Assembly (NCBI GenBank): GCA_964187785.1
Contig: OZ076416.1
Location: 21,080,001-21,144,000 of the forward strand
Length of the DNA: 64,000 bases
Origin: Amphiscolops sp. MND2022
Lineage: Eukaryota
Direction of reading: 5' to 3'
Shown: positions 11,439-24,579 of the stretch, piece by piece
Numbering within the stretch: the first letter of the stretch is position 1
Layout of the letters: every line of letters starts with the position of its first letter
Notes under the pieces: generated by a model
The model's database searches: none
What the model was told of the DNA's origin: nothing
Seen by the model: the letters and a program-made list of their open reading frames with translations, nothing else
Translations under genes and position numbers: made by a program

Positions 11439-13904
11439 AGTCGTAGCAGTATCACCAACTTTCGATTGGCAGTACCCGTTCGGTGTAGGACACCGTCGGC
11501 TCTACAATTTCGGCTTTTTTTGGTTGTTTCGGTACTATTTTAGGTCGACACGTTAGAGAGTTTTTCTCTACTTTGGTGAGAGCTATACCCACCAAAGTTT
11601 CGGTACGAGTGTTTATTTTAGTGGTGGTTACGAAATTGTAATCACGCTTCAGCTATGGTTTGGGAATCTATGACCCAACCCTGGCAATCAGACAGTCCGG
11701 TTTTATGGAAATTCGATCAAATTCAGTGCGTTTTTCCACTTTTCTCAGCACTGAATAAGAATTTTTGCACGCGGTTTTCACCACAATGCGCTATTTTTTT
11801 TGCAAAAACAAAAAATTAGAGCGCCTAGGCTCTTGGGGTTGATTAGAGGTTTGGTTAATCGGGCTTTTGACACTACACTCTGCAAGGGTCAAAAACAGCC
11901 AAAATTACAAGAATTTCATCTTTTTCTGGTCTCTACACCAGTAAATCGATCAAAAAAAGCTTTTTCCAGTACCCTGGGGTTGTGATTCACTCGAGAAACT
12001 TCTTTACAACAGTGCCCCAGGCTTCTACACCTAGGTGCCATAGTGATTTTAGGGTGTTTTTCACCCTTTTTCCCAATTTTCGCGCATTTTTACTGCAAAT
12101 TTCCACTCTTTCGCCTAAAAGGGTTACGAGAACCTTTGAGCATTATTTTTCTCAGCTCTCTCAAGGTTCGAGGCTACTTTTGCCACCATACTGGCAGTGC
12201 TATTTTGGATTTACGGAGTGCCTGGACTCCAACAAAAAAATGCTCGAAAAACACGAAAATTCGTCCTTTTTTACAAGAATCGCAGTTTTCTTCGCTCAAA
12301 AGCGTTCCACTGGGTGACGTTACATTGAAAAAAAGAGTCACTGACCTGCACCAACGATTCTCCATGAAAAAAGGTGCAATCTCAAAATTTTCGCGAACCA
12401 TGATCCATCTGGACGACATCGCTGGTCCAGGGGGGTGCATCTTCGCCACGCAATTTCTCCATTACCAGACCAGCTAGAGACTTTCGGTTTGGACCATTAG
12501 CTTCGTTAGGAGTTGTTCTCTCCGTCCACCGAATTTCACCCCTCGCGGACGTCTCCACGAGAAATGGGAATCGACGAACCCAGACACTCCATTTCGCATC
12601 CCCTTGGCCCTGGTGGAGTATGGATTGTCGCTCATCGGTACCTGTCATACGTGGCTCAAAAAGCTGAAAATAGCTGCAAATACCTGTTAACACACGTAGC
12701 CACGTGCTACGAAGGACATTACCTGTAAAACAAACACCCGCTGATGGGTTGACATAACATGACATTCAAACACATGCATTTACGGATTTCTCAACCTCAA
12801 AATGCCATTTTCGAACCTGAAAACGCATTTTCTTCGGGATTTCTGGGTTTCCTTCGTTCTAGCGGCCAAGAATACATGCAATCGTTTAAAATAGGAGCAA
12901 AACTCTGGTTTCCCCTTCAGAGTCGAAACTGTCTTGGCGCTGAACACCGGAGAGTCAGATATTTTAAAACCATGAAGGAAAGCTTCCCGAAGACGATCCC
13001 TCTGTTGTCGCCAAAAAATGATGTTCCGATGTAACGAAAAGCGCTTAGCGTATATTCGCTACGCAGGGCGGAAAAACTGAAGCCATAGGTAATGATCCGG
13101 GACTGATCGCCATGATTCCAGTTCATTTTGTCCTCCTAGGGAATGCCGGTCCCGAGAAGGGAGAATCGTCTCTAGGGATGCTTTCTGACCGGTTCCGGTC
13201 TGTAACCGCTACTAGTCACATGAAATACGCTTTTTTCCTCGTATCCACTGTGTAAATAGCCTGTATAAATTGGGTTAAGCTGCATAGAACTGAATTAAAT
13301 GGTCCAGATGGAAATCCATCGTAAATGACATTAACATTAACAGAGGTGCTCTCGAGTAAAGAATTCATCAAACAAATCAATGAACACATTAAAAAGGCAT
13401 GAAAATCCAGTTTGGCGAATCTAAAATCACTCAGGGTGGCATGGCACTGGTCCTCGGGTTTGACACAACCCTGGGTCCGGGCGCTGCAATCACTCGGACA
13501 TGCTGGTTCTGTCTGATTTACGATGGGCACCATAGGAATTACCGCATGGGCTTACGATTTTTCGATTCTGTGACGTTGTACACGCTTCTTTTATCGTCGT
13601 GTCACTTTTTTTCCGCCTCGCGGGCCTTGCTTGTCCACGCTCTTTATGATTTTTGCGGGACTGGTACCTCGTGAACAGATGTTTGAGGGCCACGTCACTT
13701 TTGAACGAAATTTTCAGAAAATCGTCAAACTTCGAAAATTTTGTCTGTCATAGGGTGCCGTTACACTACTGCTACATTTGTCTCCAACTCAATTGAGGGT
13801 GCATACATGTTTTCAATATATGGCAGGTCATCAATTTCGAAGACGCGATAATACGAAGAGCCAAACAAAATTTTTGTGCAGAACGAACAAACGAAGTTAA
13901 GTAC

Positions 13905-14134
13905 TAGCTGGGATGAGTCTAGCTCAATTGGACGACCGCTCAACTAACCGACTGATCAATTGGAAGACTATCAGCTGTTTCTAAAATAATATTGGTTGAT
14001 TCATCTTCGCTGACAGACTCCGATTACGTAATCATTACAAGTTGTGAGCGGAACTGAAAATGGAATGCGTGCAGAATCGATCAATTGCACAGTCGTCTAA
14101 CTGAGCGATCGTCCAATTGAACGGCTCCCAGCTG
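13905..14134. mobile_element. MITE-like foldback element
   Basis: AGCTGGGA...TCAATTGGACGAYCGCTCA...CGACTG at ~13906-13955 is an imperfect inverted repeat of ~14087-14133. No TSD found. Confidence 0.5.
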
Positions 14135-14240
14135 GGATACCTGTACGTAACGAATTGCGTCACGCACTAAGATGAATCAAGGTCCATTTCAGCAGAATGG
14201 TACAGTTTTTGAAGGAGGAAATGTAGTCCCCGTAATAAAA

Positions 14241-14277
14241 CACGTCAACTTTACGACGCATATCCCTACACTTTTTG
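14241..14277 (+). repeat. left terminal inverted repeat
   Basis: CACGTCAACT then TTACGACGCATATCCCTACACTTTTTG (14251-14277). Confidence 0.75.
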
Positions 14278-14319
14278 AAAACTGCGGAATTGACGGCTAA
14301 CCGCAGGTAGCACCTACCA

Positions 14320-14700
14320 GACCTGGAATCCGCTGTTTAAAATGACGGATTTCAAAGACACACTTTATAACATGTGCAGCGGATTCCGCTTGCGATTTTT
14401 TCTGGATTCCGGGGACAAATCTCTTTACATTGAATTTTTGGTGGAATTCAGAGGCATATATTATTATATTAGACAACAGTGGATTCCGCAGTCGCTGTAC
14501 CGGAATCCGGGGTCACATAATAATACACAGCATAAAAACAGCGGATTCCAAGGACAAGCTTTCGTAATGTAGAGAAAAAAACAGTGGAATCCACTGCTGC
14601 GACAGCGGATTCCGCAACAGCACCAGTGGATTCCGCTGTTGTGCAAGCGAATTCCGCAGTTTTTGACAGCTGCTGTTTTTAACAGTGGATTCCACTGCAA
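14320..14700. repeat. left subterminal array of CAGCGGA(A/T)TCCGCTG-type palindromes
   Basis: About ten degenerate copies, e.g. CAGCGGATTCCGCT at 14377-14390. Confidence 0.85.
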
Positions 14701-15627
14701 GATATCGCGAAATATGTACCACACCTTGTTTATTCAGCACTTACAATATTTATGTTTTAGGACCATTTGTATTCCTTCTGGTTCATCGCCCATCAGCACA
14801 CATCAAGGACACTTCAATGAATGACACACATAATTTGGATTTGGCCTATTTAAATGTTTTAATTAATTAATTATTTCAAACTTAAAAATTTTTAGTTCAA
14901 TCAAATTTAGTCAATTTGTTCAATCTGCATATCAAACCTGGTTCAGCATATGTCAATTAATCTAGTGATTTGAAGAACTTGTAAATTAATATTTAATAAT
15001 ATTAATTATAGTATTGATTTGTAAAAATGTTATCATCACTTCATAATTTGTGCTAAATTTTTGTAACAATTAGATTGCGTGTTGTAATTAAGTTTTTATA
15101 TGCTTATTTTATCAATGAAGAAAAGCGCCAATTTTAGTCAAAATTCAGTTGTCAAAATTGCATTTTGTCCGAACTTTGTAAAACAAGTTACCACTCTTCT
15201 CTGTGTTTAAGAGAATGCACTGCTTGTATTGATTTGTAAGAACGTCATCAATATTAACTTCAGAAGTCAACTTAGGTCAGAAGTTTTGATAGCTCAAGAC
15301 TTTTTTTACCAGTTTAACGAATAAAACAAACCTTGTCTGAAAATAACATTGTTCAAAATAAGGACTGTGGAAATACTTTACACTATATCTAAAATTGATT
15401 GTCGTAAATTAAGTAAAGGTTTTAAAAAAAATGTTTAAAAAAGGAACTATTCCTTGTTATTAATTATTAATTCTTATTATAAATGATCTATTAATTAAAT
15501 TTATCAGTCAGCTAATTCGTTTTGATAATCATGAGTGATAATTGTATTTGAAGATTTTAGAGTTTCAGAGAGAATTAATCATAGTCATCAATATTGACTT
15601 CATAATTTGTGCTAAATTAATGTGTCG

Positions 15628-15641
15628 GTAACTATAGCAAC
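15628..15641. promoter_or_regulatory. RFX X-box-like motif in a promoter-like patch
   Basis: GTAACTATAGCAAC, with TCACGTGA at ~15712 nearby. Confidence 0.35.
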
Positions 15642-18250
15642 GCGCCGACCGTCATAAATGGGCTGGCGCCAATCTCACTCTTCTCTGTGTTTGAGAGAAC
15701 GAGGCATTGGTCACGTGACTGAAATTGTTCGATTACAGAGTAAAATAAACAAACCGTTTTGTCAGTGTGTGATTAGTTACTGCCAATACAAGTTGTTGAC
15801 CAGCCTGCTCCTTTCTTGAAATCTTAGTTGAAACCTGCTCCTATTGAATACCTTTCTTGAAATCTTGATTGAAATTCATAATCCCAATCCGATTTGTCTT
15901 AGTTTTAAATTAGATGAAGAATTCTCGAAGTCTTCTTACTAATCTTCTTCCTATTCAGTCTTCTTTTGATTCTAAATCAAGGTAAGTAACATTTATAATC
16001 CTCAACCTAATTGTCAAGATTATTTGAGAGAATCTCTGTATAAGATAAAAAAATATACTATATATGTATATATAAATATTTATACAATATATTATATTTA
16101 GTAAATATAAATAAAATATAATATATAAATATATAACGAGACCGGGCTCATTTAAGGGAGTCTCTGTATTTAGGATAATTATTTGTCTCTGTATTTATCT
16201 CAAAAAAGAAATTAAAACGAGTAGGTTTTAGCTGAACGGACACTTGACTAGGTTACTGAAAGATCCAAAATAGAATGTATAAAATGGCAGTTCTACAAGC
16301 AAAAAGTTATTCGGTAAAAAGTTCTTGGGCTGTCTTATCGCCGTAATCGAAACGTAGTTGCTCGAAGGGTTCTATCTGTCGTCTGGCCTTCATTACTGCG
16401 ACTCTCAGAGGGGGATCTGTATGGTCCAAGAGGATGCTAGCAGACTTCATGTTGGCTTCTCTGTTATCAGCGTTGTTTCTTCTCTGGGTCGCGTGGTTGG
16501 CTAAACGACCCATACCTAAACGTCATAAATAAATTGTAGAGATTGTTATTCTTACAACTCTAAGGATAAAACATCATTATTATTATTACATAAATTCGTT
16601 GGATGATCCACACAAATCTCGGAACTGGCATCTATAAGTCGCTTTGGTGGACCTGCTACTTCCATGACAAACTCGCTCGTAACGTCGGGTTGCTGCACGT
16701 ACTCCTCGAATTTCTGGCCGGTAATGACTTTCCCGTGGTAGTCTACAATTATTGTGTCTTTCTCCAGTTTTCCTAGACTGACAATGCCTCGACCAAATTT
16801 AGTGAAATGGGCATCGCAAATCCACTCCCACTTTTGGTTGTCAATTCGGTCTTTCAAATTTATCTGGTTTTCGTATGACAACCTGTCTCCTTTGCAGATG
16901 ATGAGATTGAACTGCGGCCTGCATATACTGGTCCGTGATGATGTGCTCTTCATCTATTCAAAACACAAAGCATCCAAACTCAATGATTTTTTCTAATAAC
17001 TATCGATCACTTAGCATGGGGCAGCTCCAGACAGGCCAAACACTCTTTTAGCTGCTTACCCTATGGTACCAAAACAAACTATTTTTTTGCCGCATTTGAT
17101 TTTCGATTTGTGCCATTGGGAAATTTTATCGTAATCTAATGCACTGCAATCTAAAGTACTCGAACGTGACGTAACCCAACCTAACCTGTTTTATAGCTAT
17201 AGTCATCGTTTTCTTGATGTCACATTTGTCCCAGCCCATCCTCGCATAAAAGGTGTTCAGGCGCTGCTCCAAATCACTGCAATTTGACAGTAACCATCCA
17301 TTGTTCTTGATCCAATGTTGCGCTCTAATTGTTTGCCGATGGTACCGTAATTGGTCAAGTCTGTGCTTCACCGCCTTGGAAACCTCTTTGTGGGTATAAT
17401 TTTCTGTCTGACTTTTCACCTAAAAAAGAATTTCCATTCCTTGGTTGAAAGCATAAGTTTAGAAAGGAAAGTCAATATTTTATTACCAAACGAAAAAGAA
17501 CAAAACCTGATTGATTACTTGCTTCTGTTTGCCAATGGTGAAACCTGGATCGCTTCGAAACGGCAGAAAACTCGCAACATGTCTCTCTAGGGTGGTCTCT
17601 TGAGGGTTATCGATGTGCTGCTGAAGCTAAAAGACGCAAACTTCGGTAAAAAGATTGAGAACATGCAGGATTTACTGCGAAAAAATTCGTGACGTAGATT
17701 CAATAAATCAAATCGGTCTCGCAATTAAAATTTCCATGAATTTGAAATAATTGTAAAACGAGTGGTGACCCTGGAAACATTTGAAGCAATTTAGGTGTTT
17801 CTGGGTTGAAATTTAAGTTTTTACCGTGTCTTTGAATTGGTCGCATAGTTGGCGCACTTTGAAATGTGTTGAGCCATTGGAATTGACGAAAAAGCGGTGA
17901 GTTCTCACTGTTCTTTTGTCATCTGCGAAAACCCTGTTGAAATTATCAAGACCTTCTTTTGGCAGGAATGCGGTCTTGCCTCCAGGTAGTATGTTTTCAA
18001 ACCGTCCACTAGCCATCGGGGAACAGTGTGCGACGATCTTATCGGAGAAAATTCAGCAGGCTCAACATAGATTGTGATTCATGCATCAACTGCTGTTTCA
18101 TTGTCTGTGTTCTCTTGCAAGGAAACGATGGCCTGTGTAACAGCATGCACTGTCAGCTCTATGATACCTTTGTCCATCATTGGTGGTGCTGCATGCTTTG
18201 ACAGGAAACACGCCAAAGCACGAAAGAGCATTGTTCTTTCCTTTTGTGTC

Positions 18251-18350
18251 AGAGCTTCCGTTTTCTTGTACTGCTCTACAATGTCCTTGATGGCTATCTC
18301 AGAGCTTCCGTTTTCTTGTACTGCTCTACAATGTCCTTGATGGCTATCTC
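18251..18350. repeat. exact 50-bp tandem duplication in a SET-gene exon
   Basis: 18251-18300 equals 18301-18350; shifts the reading frame. Confidence 0.97.
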
Positions 18351-18699
18351 AAGTTCTTCTTCAGTCGTCTCGCCACAAGTAGCCCTGACAGAAGTCTTCG
18401 ATATTTTCTAGATATTTTGAATACAAATTTCAAAAACAACTTCAAATGTTAGAATGAAAGTCAAATAATACTCAACAAGTTCAATTACAAATTCAAATGA
18501 AAATTCTTTTCCAAATTCAAACACAAAATGAATTTTAAAATTTAGGAAACACGAAGTTGTTTCTCAAAATTTTCGCTTATTTTATACGATCGTGCAAACA
18601 CTGTGAGGTGTGTGACACGTTCCGTCTTTTCTTGAAAGTGAAAGCTGAAAAAAAAAATAAAAATCCGTCACCGCTCAGCCAAGGCGGTAGCTGGAAATT

Positions 18700-18860
18700 T
18701 TCCTGGAGTATGGTACAGGAAACTGAAATCATAATGTATTAGGATTTGTCTGCGGATTCCGCTGTACATGTGTTAACCTTTGCCCCTAAATTCCGCAATG
18801 CTCTTTTGGAAGTCAATGATATGAAACATAAGACAGCGGATTCCGCTGCTATGATGAATA
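18700..18860 (+). repeat. diverged partial copy of the 218-bp unit in SET-gene intron 1
   Basis: GGTACAGGAAA...CTGCGGATTCCGCTGTACATG...CCTAAATTCCGCA matches the 24.6-25.1 kb unit. Confidence 0.8.
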
Positions 18861-19959
18861 AAACTTTTTTCGTGCTCTATGTGGTTCTAGAAGGTGATAA
18901 TCTCCCGCTTCAGTTTAAAATTTTCACTTGAAATTCAAAAACTGACCTCCGGAATATCATTTGTTGCAGAGCTAGCTGCTCTTTTACGACTTTCTTCAAG
19001 TTGCTCAGTCGACGAAGCTTCAAGCGGAGGAAGAAAAAGGTCCGGCGAATGTTCAGGTGGTGGAAGAAATTCACCAAACATGGTCGGAGGAAGTTCGTGC
19101 GAAATTCCATCTATGTTGAGCCATTGCGATTGATTCCAATCAAAATAAGACGGGTGTGAGTATTGGCGAACTACAGCCGGGCTCTTTCCGGTGGGGGTTG
19201 TCAAATATTCATGCGATCGTGAGAGAGGGGTTAATGTTGGAACTGGAGGATGAGGTAGCGTAAGTGAAAACGTCTCGGGTTGCACTGGCGTTGAAGTAAC
19301 TAGTTGAGGCGATTGAAGTTCTGTCAAATTTCCAAGATCTTCTAATGGTTGTGATTGAATTTGATGCGTTTGCAGAGACATTGTAGGTTCCTTCGAGGAA
19401 TAGAACGATGTACAATTCAAATTGACTGATTTCTAGTAGATCAAACTTATATAATGAATAGTATTATGATATTACTCTACTGAAACTGCTAATTACTTAA
19501 CTGATGATTGCCATCATAGTAATTTAACACTTCCACTTTCACAAATTAATAAAAGCCTCATCAGACGCAGCCAATGGAAATAATTGTAATTATATAATTA
19601 TAATGAGTATAATTTTATAATTATTTCTATTATAATTTTTGGCAGCGCCTGATGTGGTTCTTAATCATGTGGAAGTGTTAAAACCACACCTCATCTATCA
19701 TTTGACTTGAATCATCAGCACTTGTTCTCATTGTTCGTTCATTGGCCCGAAAGAATGCCCAAGTTTTCATCAGGACTTGAAAGATGAATGCGTAAAACAC
19801 ATGTATCTCGGATTGGACGGCTGAGACTTACGGCATGATAAAACCCTATCTAAAATAATAATATACAATCTATGTAACACACTCTAGAACAACATGGAGC
19901 ACCAAACGATTTTTTTCTTATAACAACAAACTGTTTTATACTCCATAATATTGCCTCCC

Positions 19960-20460
19960 AAAGAACCGCAGGGATACCTCGAGAAAATATCCAAATGAGC
20001 CTAGTAGCATAAAACAGTTGATTCCGTGGTTAGCGAGAGTGTTGCGCCTCATAACAGCGGAACCCGCTGTTTTGTATTCCAGATTGATGCCTTCCAAAAT
20101 CGCAGTGCGGAATTTAAGGACAAATGTTAATACATGTACAGCGGAATCCACAGGCAAATGTTAATACATTGCAATTTCAGTTTCCTGTACCATACCTCGA
20201 GAAAATATCCAAATGAGCCTAGTAGCATAAAACAGTGGATTCCGTGGTTAGCGAGAGTGTTGCGCCTCATAACAGCGGAACCCGCTGTTTTGTATTCCAG
20301 ATTGATGCCTTCCAAAATCGCAGTGCGGAATTTAGGGACCAATGTTAATACATGTACAGCGGAATCCGCAGGCAAATGTTAATACATTGCGATTTCAATT
20401 TCCTGTACCAGACCTTAAGAAAATATCCAAATCTGCTCAGTAGCATGAAACTGTGTATAG
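19960..20460 (-). repeat. tandem array of 218-bp units containing the palindrome
   Basis: CTCGAGAAAATATCCAAATGAGCC at ~19978 and ~20196; inverted relative to the 24.6-25.2 kb array. Confidence 0.92.
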
Positions 20461-21136
20461 GAATTTTAGTTTTTTTAAACCCTCTCTTGAAATTGCATTT
20501 TGGGACCAGTAATCTCAAATTTCCCAGGATGAAATCCTAATTAGCTAGAAGTCAAGTAGAATCTATAAGAATCTATCAGTGCATATATGTCTGTAATTGT
20601 CTTATAAGCGCCTATAAAAGTGCCTAAAATCGTCTACTGAAGCATTTGTGATCCGTTCCTCCAATGTGGCTAGGGAGTCGTCGCAGGGTACTTGGGAGCA
20701 GTCGCTCATTCCGAAACCCAGAGAAATGTCATTTAGAGTTTAAAACTTTCATATAACGAGAATACAGTATGCTAAGGCGCAGTTGGTGCAGTGAGGTCAA
20801 ATCGAATAAAGTAAATATCACGTAACGTTGCTTCAGTAACAGTTTCAGTAACGTTAGACATTTGTGATTGCAACATCTGCCGTACTAACTTGTGCATTGT
20901 GTCATGATTGCCTGTATGACTGATGCATATCTCTGAAAGTAGGAAAAGTAACAGCACGCGCGGCATGTAAGACTGATGCTTACCTCTGGATTTAGGAAAA
21001 GTATCTGTAATCTCTTAAAAACTAAGATCAAATGCTATTGAAGTAATTATTTTCCAACCTCTGCAATTATGACCTTGAATGTGAGAAATTGTATTAGGCC
21101 TAAAAATTTAACTGTTTGAAGGTTCTCTTCTGAAAT

Positions 21137-24100
21137 ATGCCCCAATTTCAATGCCCCACGTGCCAACTAACCCTCTCAAATAAGGGTAATCTGACCCGGC
21201 ACATCAACCAGAGTTGCGGTAAGAGAGAACAGACGCGCGGCACAAGAATGAAGTGCATGTTTTGTGGCTCTCCTACAGATGGCTCATTCTTCAAGGACGT
21301 GCAGCAGACTGCTGATCATGTGCTGACACTCCGATGCTGGAATGCTCGAAATGCCCTAACAGCGGAAGATCGAGCCAAATTACTGGAGCCCACACTGGAA
21401 AACTTTGTTCTCGTAAGAGACACCTACCCGGGCTGCAAGAAGGCCTTCTCGGCAGAAGGGAGGACGAGGAAGTTCTTCGATCAACCGCCACCGTCTAAGT
21501 TGGTTAAACGAGAAGTCCAAGTCCGAGAAGCCAGTGCGACATCGATTTCATCACCGTGGTGGGAGGTAATTCAATCAAACAAATAAATTTAATAAAAACG
21601 TAGCTTATGAGCATGAATAAGAATTAAGTCAACGGTTCTGTTTGATTTTGAATGAATGACATTTTTGAGTTCAAATGATTAATTTTTGAACAGGTTCCGG
21701 AAAGCAGCAGTCCTGTGGAGCCTGAGCATGCAGGTGTTGTTTCCTCCTCTTCCACCCTCCATTTTGCAACAGAGGCGGAAGAATATATTGCGGAAGAGTC
21801 TGTTGTTCTTCTTGAGGAGAAGCAAGAAGAAGAGGCAATCGCTTCCATGGTACTTTTGGAAGCCTTCAAGGTTGCAGAAGTCAACCACATTCAAGTTCAA
21901 GAGCCTAAATGTGTATGTATTTTTTTGAGTGACTGTTTCATGTTTCATGTAATATTTTTCAGGATGTGTAGTTTTTATGGAATTCTAGTTTTAAAAGCAT
22001 AATGGTTTGGAGGGATTTAAACTTCTAAAACCGATAATGCTTTAGGAAAAGTGGCAACAGAAACGACGACGTTTGCACAAGAATGTATCACGAATGCCAG
22101 TGACACTTCCAAACCTGAGCAGATGTACGCTTACCATGCGAAGGATGAACATGACGAACACGAACCTCATGAAATCGTTCGCTAGCATCTGGGAACTGCG
22201 TGACCTTATGAGTCAAGTAAGAACTTCCCTGGATTTGAGAATGAGATCTCTTCTCAGGATCTTAGAATGCAATTTCTTCTCCTCCAGACTCTAGATCTAA
22301 TCGGTTTTGAGTCTCTGGATTCAGGAATAAGATCTCTTCTTTAGACTTAAATCTCTGGTTTTAAGAATAAGATCTTTTCTCTAGATATAAATCTCTGGGT
22401 TGACGAGTAAGGTTTTGTCTTCTGTGTAATGTAAATTGGAGTAAATTTAGATTCCAAATGCTACCTCGATGCGGCGTGACATTACAGCAGAAGAAGTCAC
22501 ACCAGAACTGCTGTCAGACCCGGCTTTTTTGGACGGGGAGTATGTCTTCGTCATCTGTGACGGTTTGGCCATCCCCGGCTTCAACACGAAGCTAACCAGA
22601 GAGAAGATGAGCCGAATGTCGTCTGTTCAACAGATGATGCAGGGGTACAGTGGCAACCCCGTAACACTTCGTTATTTGACGACGAAGTTCGAGGTTAGCA
22701 GAGTCAATGTAACTGCTAAAAGAGATACAAACATCAATTTTGTTCTCTGTTATAAATTTGAGAATACATGTACCTGACCTGATATTTATTATTTAGGAAG
22801 GGAAGAAAGTTGTGCCAGGTAACAGAGTTACCGAGATGATGGAGAGTGACCCCCCCAAATTTTTCAACGTCATCGATGCCGAGGCAAACAAGTGCCCAGG
22901 AGCCTCATTCAAGAAGCCTAGCTTTCTAGACGAGGTTTCCCTTGGGCATATGAACTGGGAACAGACACCTGCAGCATTGCGTCCAGTGCGTGAATCGAAT
23001 TATTTGCTGATTTCACAAAGTGGCGCAATCACGGGGTTCCACCAGGATTTTTCATCCACAAGTGTGCTGTATTATCTGGCCAAAGGTTGGTACCAGGTTT
23101 TAGTACAAGTAAAATGAAAATCGTGTTTTTTTTTCAAAATAAGTCAAGTGTTTGGTGGCTGACGGACTATTGTTACAGGGGTTAAAGCTTTCCATGTTGT
23201 GAGGCCCACTGCCAGAAACGTTGACTTGTTCAAGGCGTTCAAGAATCTCCCCAGGCAAGTAAAATTGTTTATACTTACACTACACAGTGCTTTTCTCTCT
23301 GTTATGCATGTAAGACTGATAACCGGGAAAAATTTATTACTGTTATTGATTGTTTAGAAGGGACCTCTTTTTTGGCACCCATGAAGAGCTTGACATGGGC
23401 GGCTGCACAAAAGTCATTCACTTCGAGGGACAGGCGCTGATTCTTCCTGCGAAGATGATCCACGCTGTGGAGACTTTCGGCATGTCAGTTGCTCTGGGAG
23501 TCAACTTCATTCACCGCCTGCACGTGAAGAAAGCTGCCGAAGAGTTCTCTGAAGAGCGGTGCCGACATGACCCCTACGACGAATGTTATCCCCACCTTCC
23601 CCGACTTTTGTTCACGCACATTGCGAGTTTGATGAGGTACATTATTTATTTTATTAGTTATAATATCACTTTTCATGATACATGTAGTTTTGTATATAGT
23701 CTGTTTGAAATAATTATGAAACAATCATATTCCTAAACACAGAGGTTGCATAGTTGTACTATCACTTTTCATGATACGAGTAGTTTTGTATAAAGTCTGT
23801 TTGAAATATTTATGAAACAATCAGATTCCTAAACACAGAGGTTGCTGTATTTTAGTTCTTCTGCATCCGTGGACAAGCTTGAGAAGGCACAGCTGCTCAA
23901 CGCTGCTATGATTGTGCAGAAGACGAATTGTCACACTGTTGAAAATTCCATTGACACCGTTTGCCAGAAAGTATGTAATTTTCATGCAAACTTTCATATT
24001 ACTTTTTGACTTTGTCTAGCTAGAAGGTCTTTGCTTTTTGTTTTTGTTTTTTTTTTGTTTTTTGCTTGTCGGTGAAACAAAATATGTGTTTCTATTTATT

Positions 24101-24434
24101 ACGGAGGAATTTTGTTTCTAGTATGGAGTTACATCTGCATTAATTGTGCAGAAGACGAATTGTCAAACTGTCGAAATTTCCATTGACACCGTTTGCCAGA
24201 AAGTATGTAATTTTCTTGCAAACTTTCATAATACTTTTTGACTTTGCCTGACTAGAAGTTTTTTGTTTTTGTTTTTTGCCTTTTGCTTGTCGATGAAACA
24301 AAAAATGTGTTTTTCTATTCATTACGGAGGAATTTTGTTTCTAGTATGGAGTTACATTCGAACAGATGACAAGCTGGCTTTCCTGTGACATCGCAGTGCC
24401 TTCGGGGTCCTACGGGACTTCCCATCAAGGATGA
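21137..24434 (+). CDS. C2H2 zinc finger plus JmjC domain protein (KDM2/KDM7-like), 9 exons, ~629 aa, apparently intact
   Basis: Exons 21137-21565, 21694-21912, 22046-22216, 22451-22693, 22797-23085, 23179-23254, 23358-23636, 23856-23970, 24366-24434 join in frame (1890 nt). CPTC...HINQSC finger; YLLISQSGAITGFHQDFSSTSVLYYLAKGVKAF, LILPAKMIHAV, GVNFIH parallel the KDM2/7 core; HxD at 23040-23048, distal H at 23461. Confidence 0.9.
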
Positions 24435-24579
24435 TCCTGATGAGAACTATTTATTAACTTTTCAAATTTTTTAATTTTACTGATTTTTATTGAACATACA
24501 TTAGATAGAGAATTGATGATTTTAGTATAATTTTATGAATTTCTCAGCTATTAGGCTGCTAGATTTCAAACTGCTAGGT

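Larger units (their letters stand above)
16307..19381 (-). pseudogene. multi-exon gene: low-complexity N-terminus, possible tyrosine-recombinase-like middle, C-terminal SETD8/PR-Set7-like SET domain; disrupted
   Basis: Exons ~19381-18947, 18407-~17820, ~17630-17520, 17419-17186, 16953-16590, 16515-16307 with GT-AG borders. SET motifs GRGIV, IVDYHG, IDAS, C|MGRLANH, RQIEPFEQLRFDYGD. Lesions: 50-bp duplication, TGA at 18079-18081, frameshift near 17980. Confidence 0.85.

Noticed and set aside
10924-13693. Numerous overlapping 60-170 aa ORFs
   Set aside because: No recognisable motifs, and they overlap on both strands; probably LTR and non-autonomous repeat sequence that I cannot classify.
19960-20460. 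CRISPR-like array of palindromic repeats
   Set aside because: Whole 218-bp units repeat with no unique spacers, there are no cas genes, and the context is eukaryotic.
20772-20966. Small ORF with a hydrophobic N-terminus (MPRVLLLFLLSEICIS) as a secreted peptide
   Set aside because: Only 64 aa, no supporting context, and it lies just downstream of a donor-like site, so it may be intronic or UTR.
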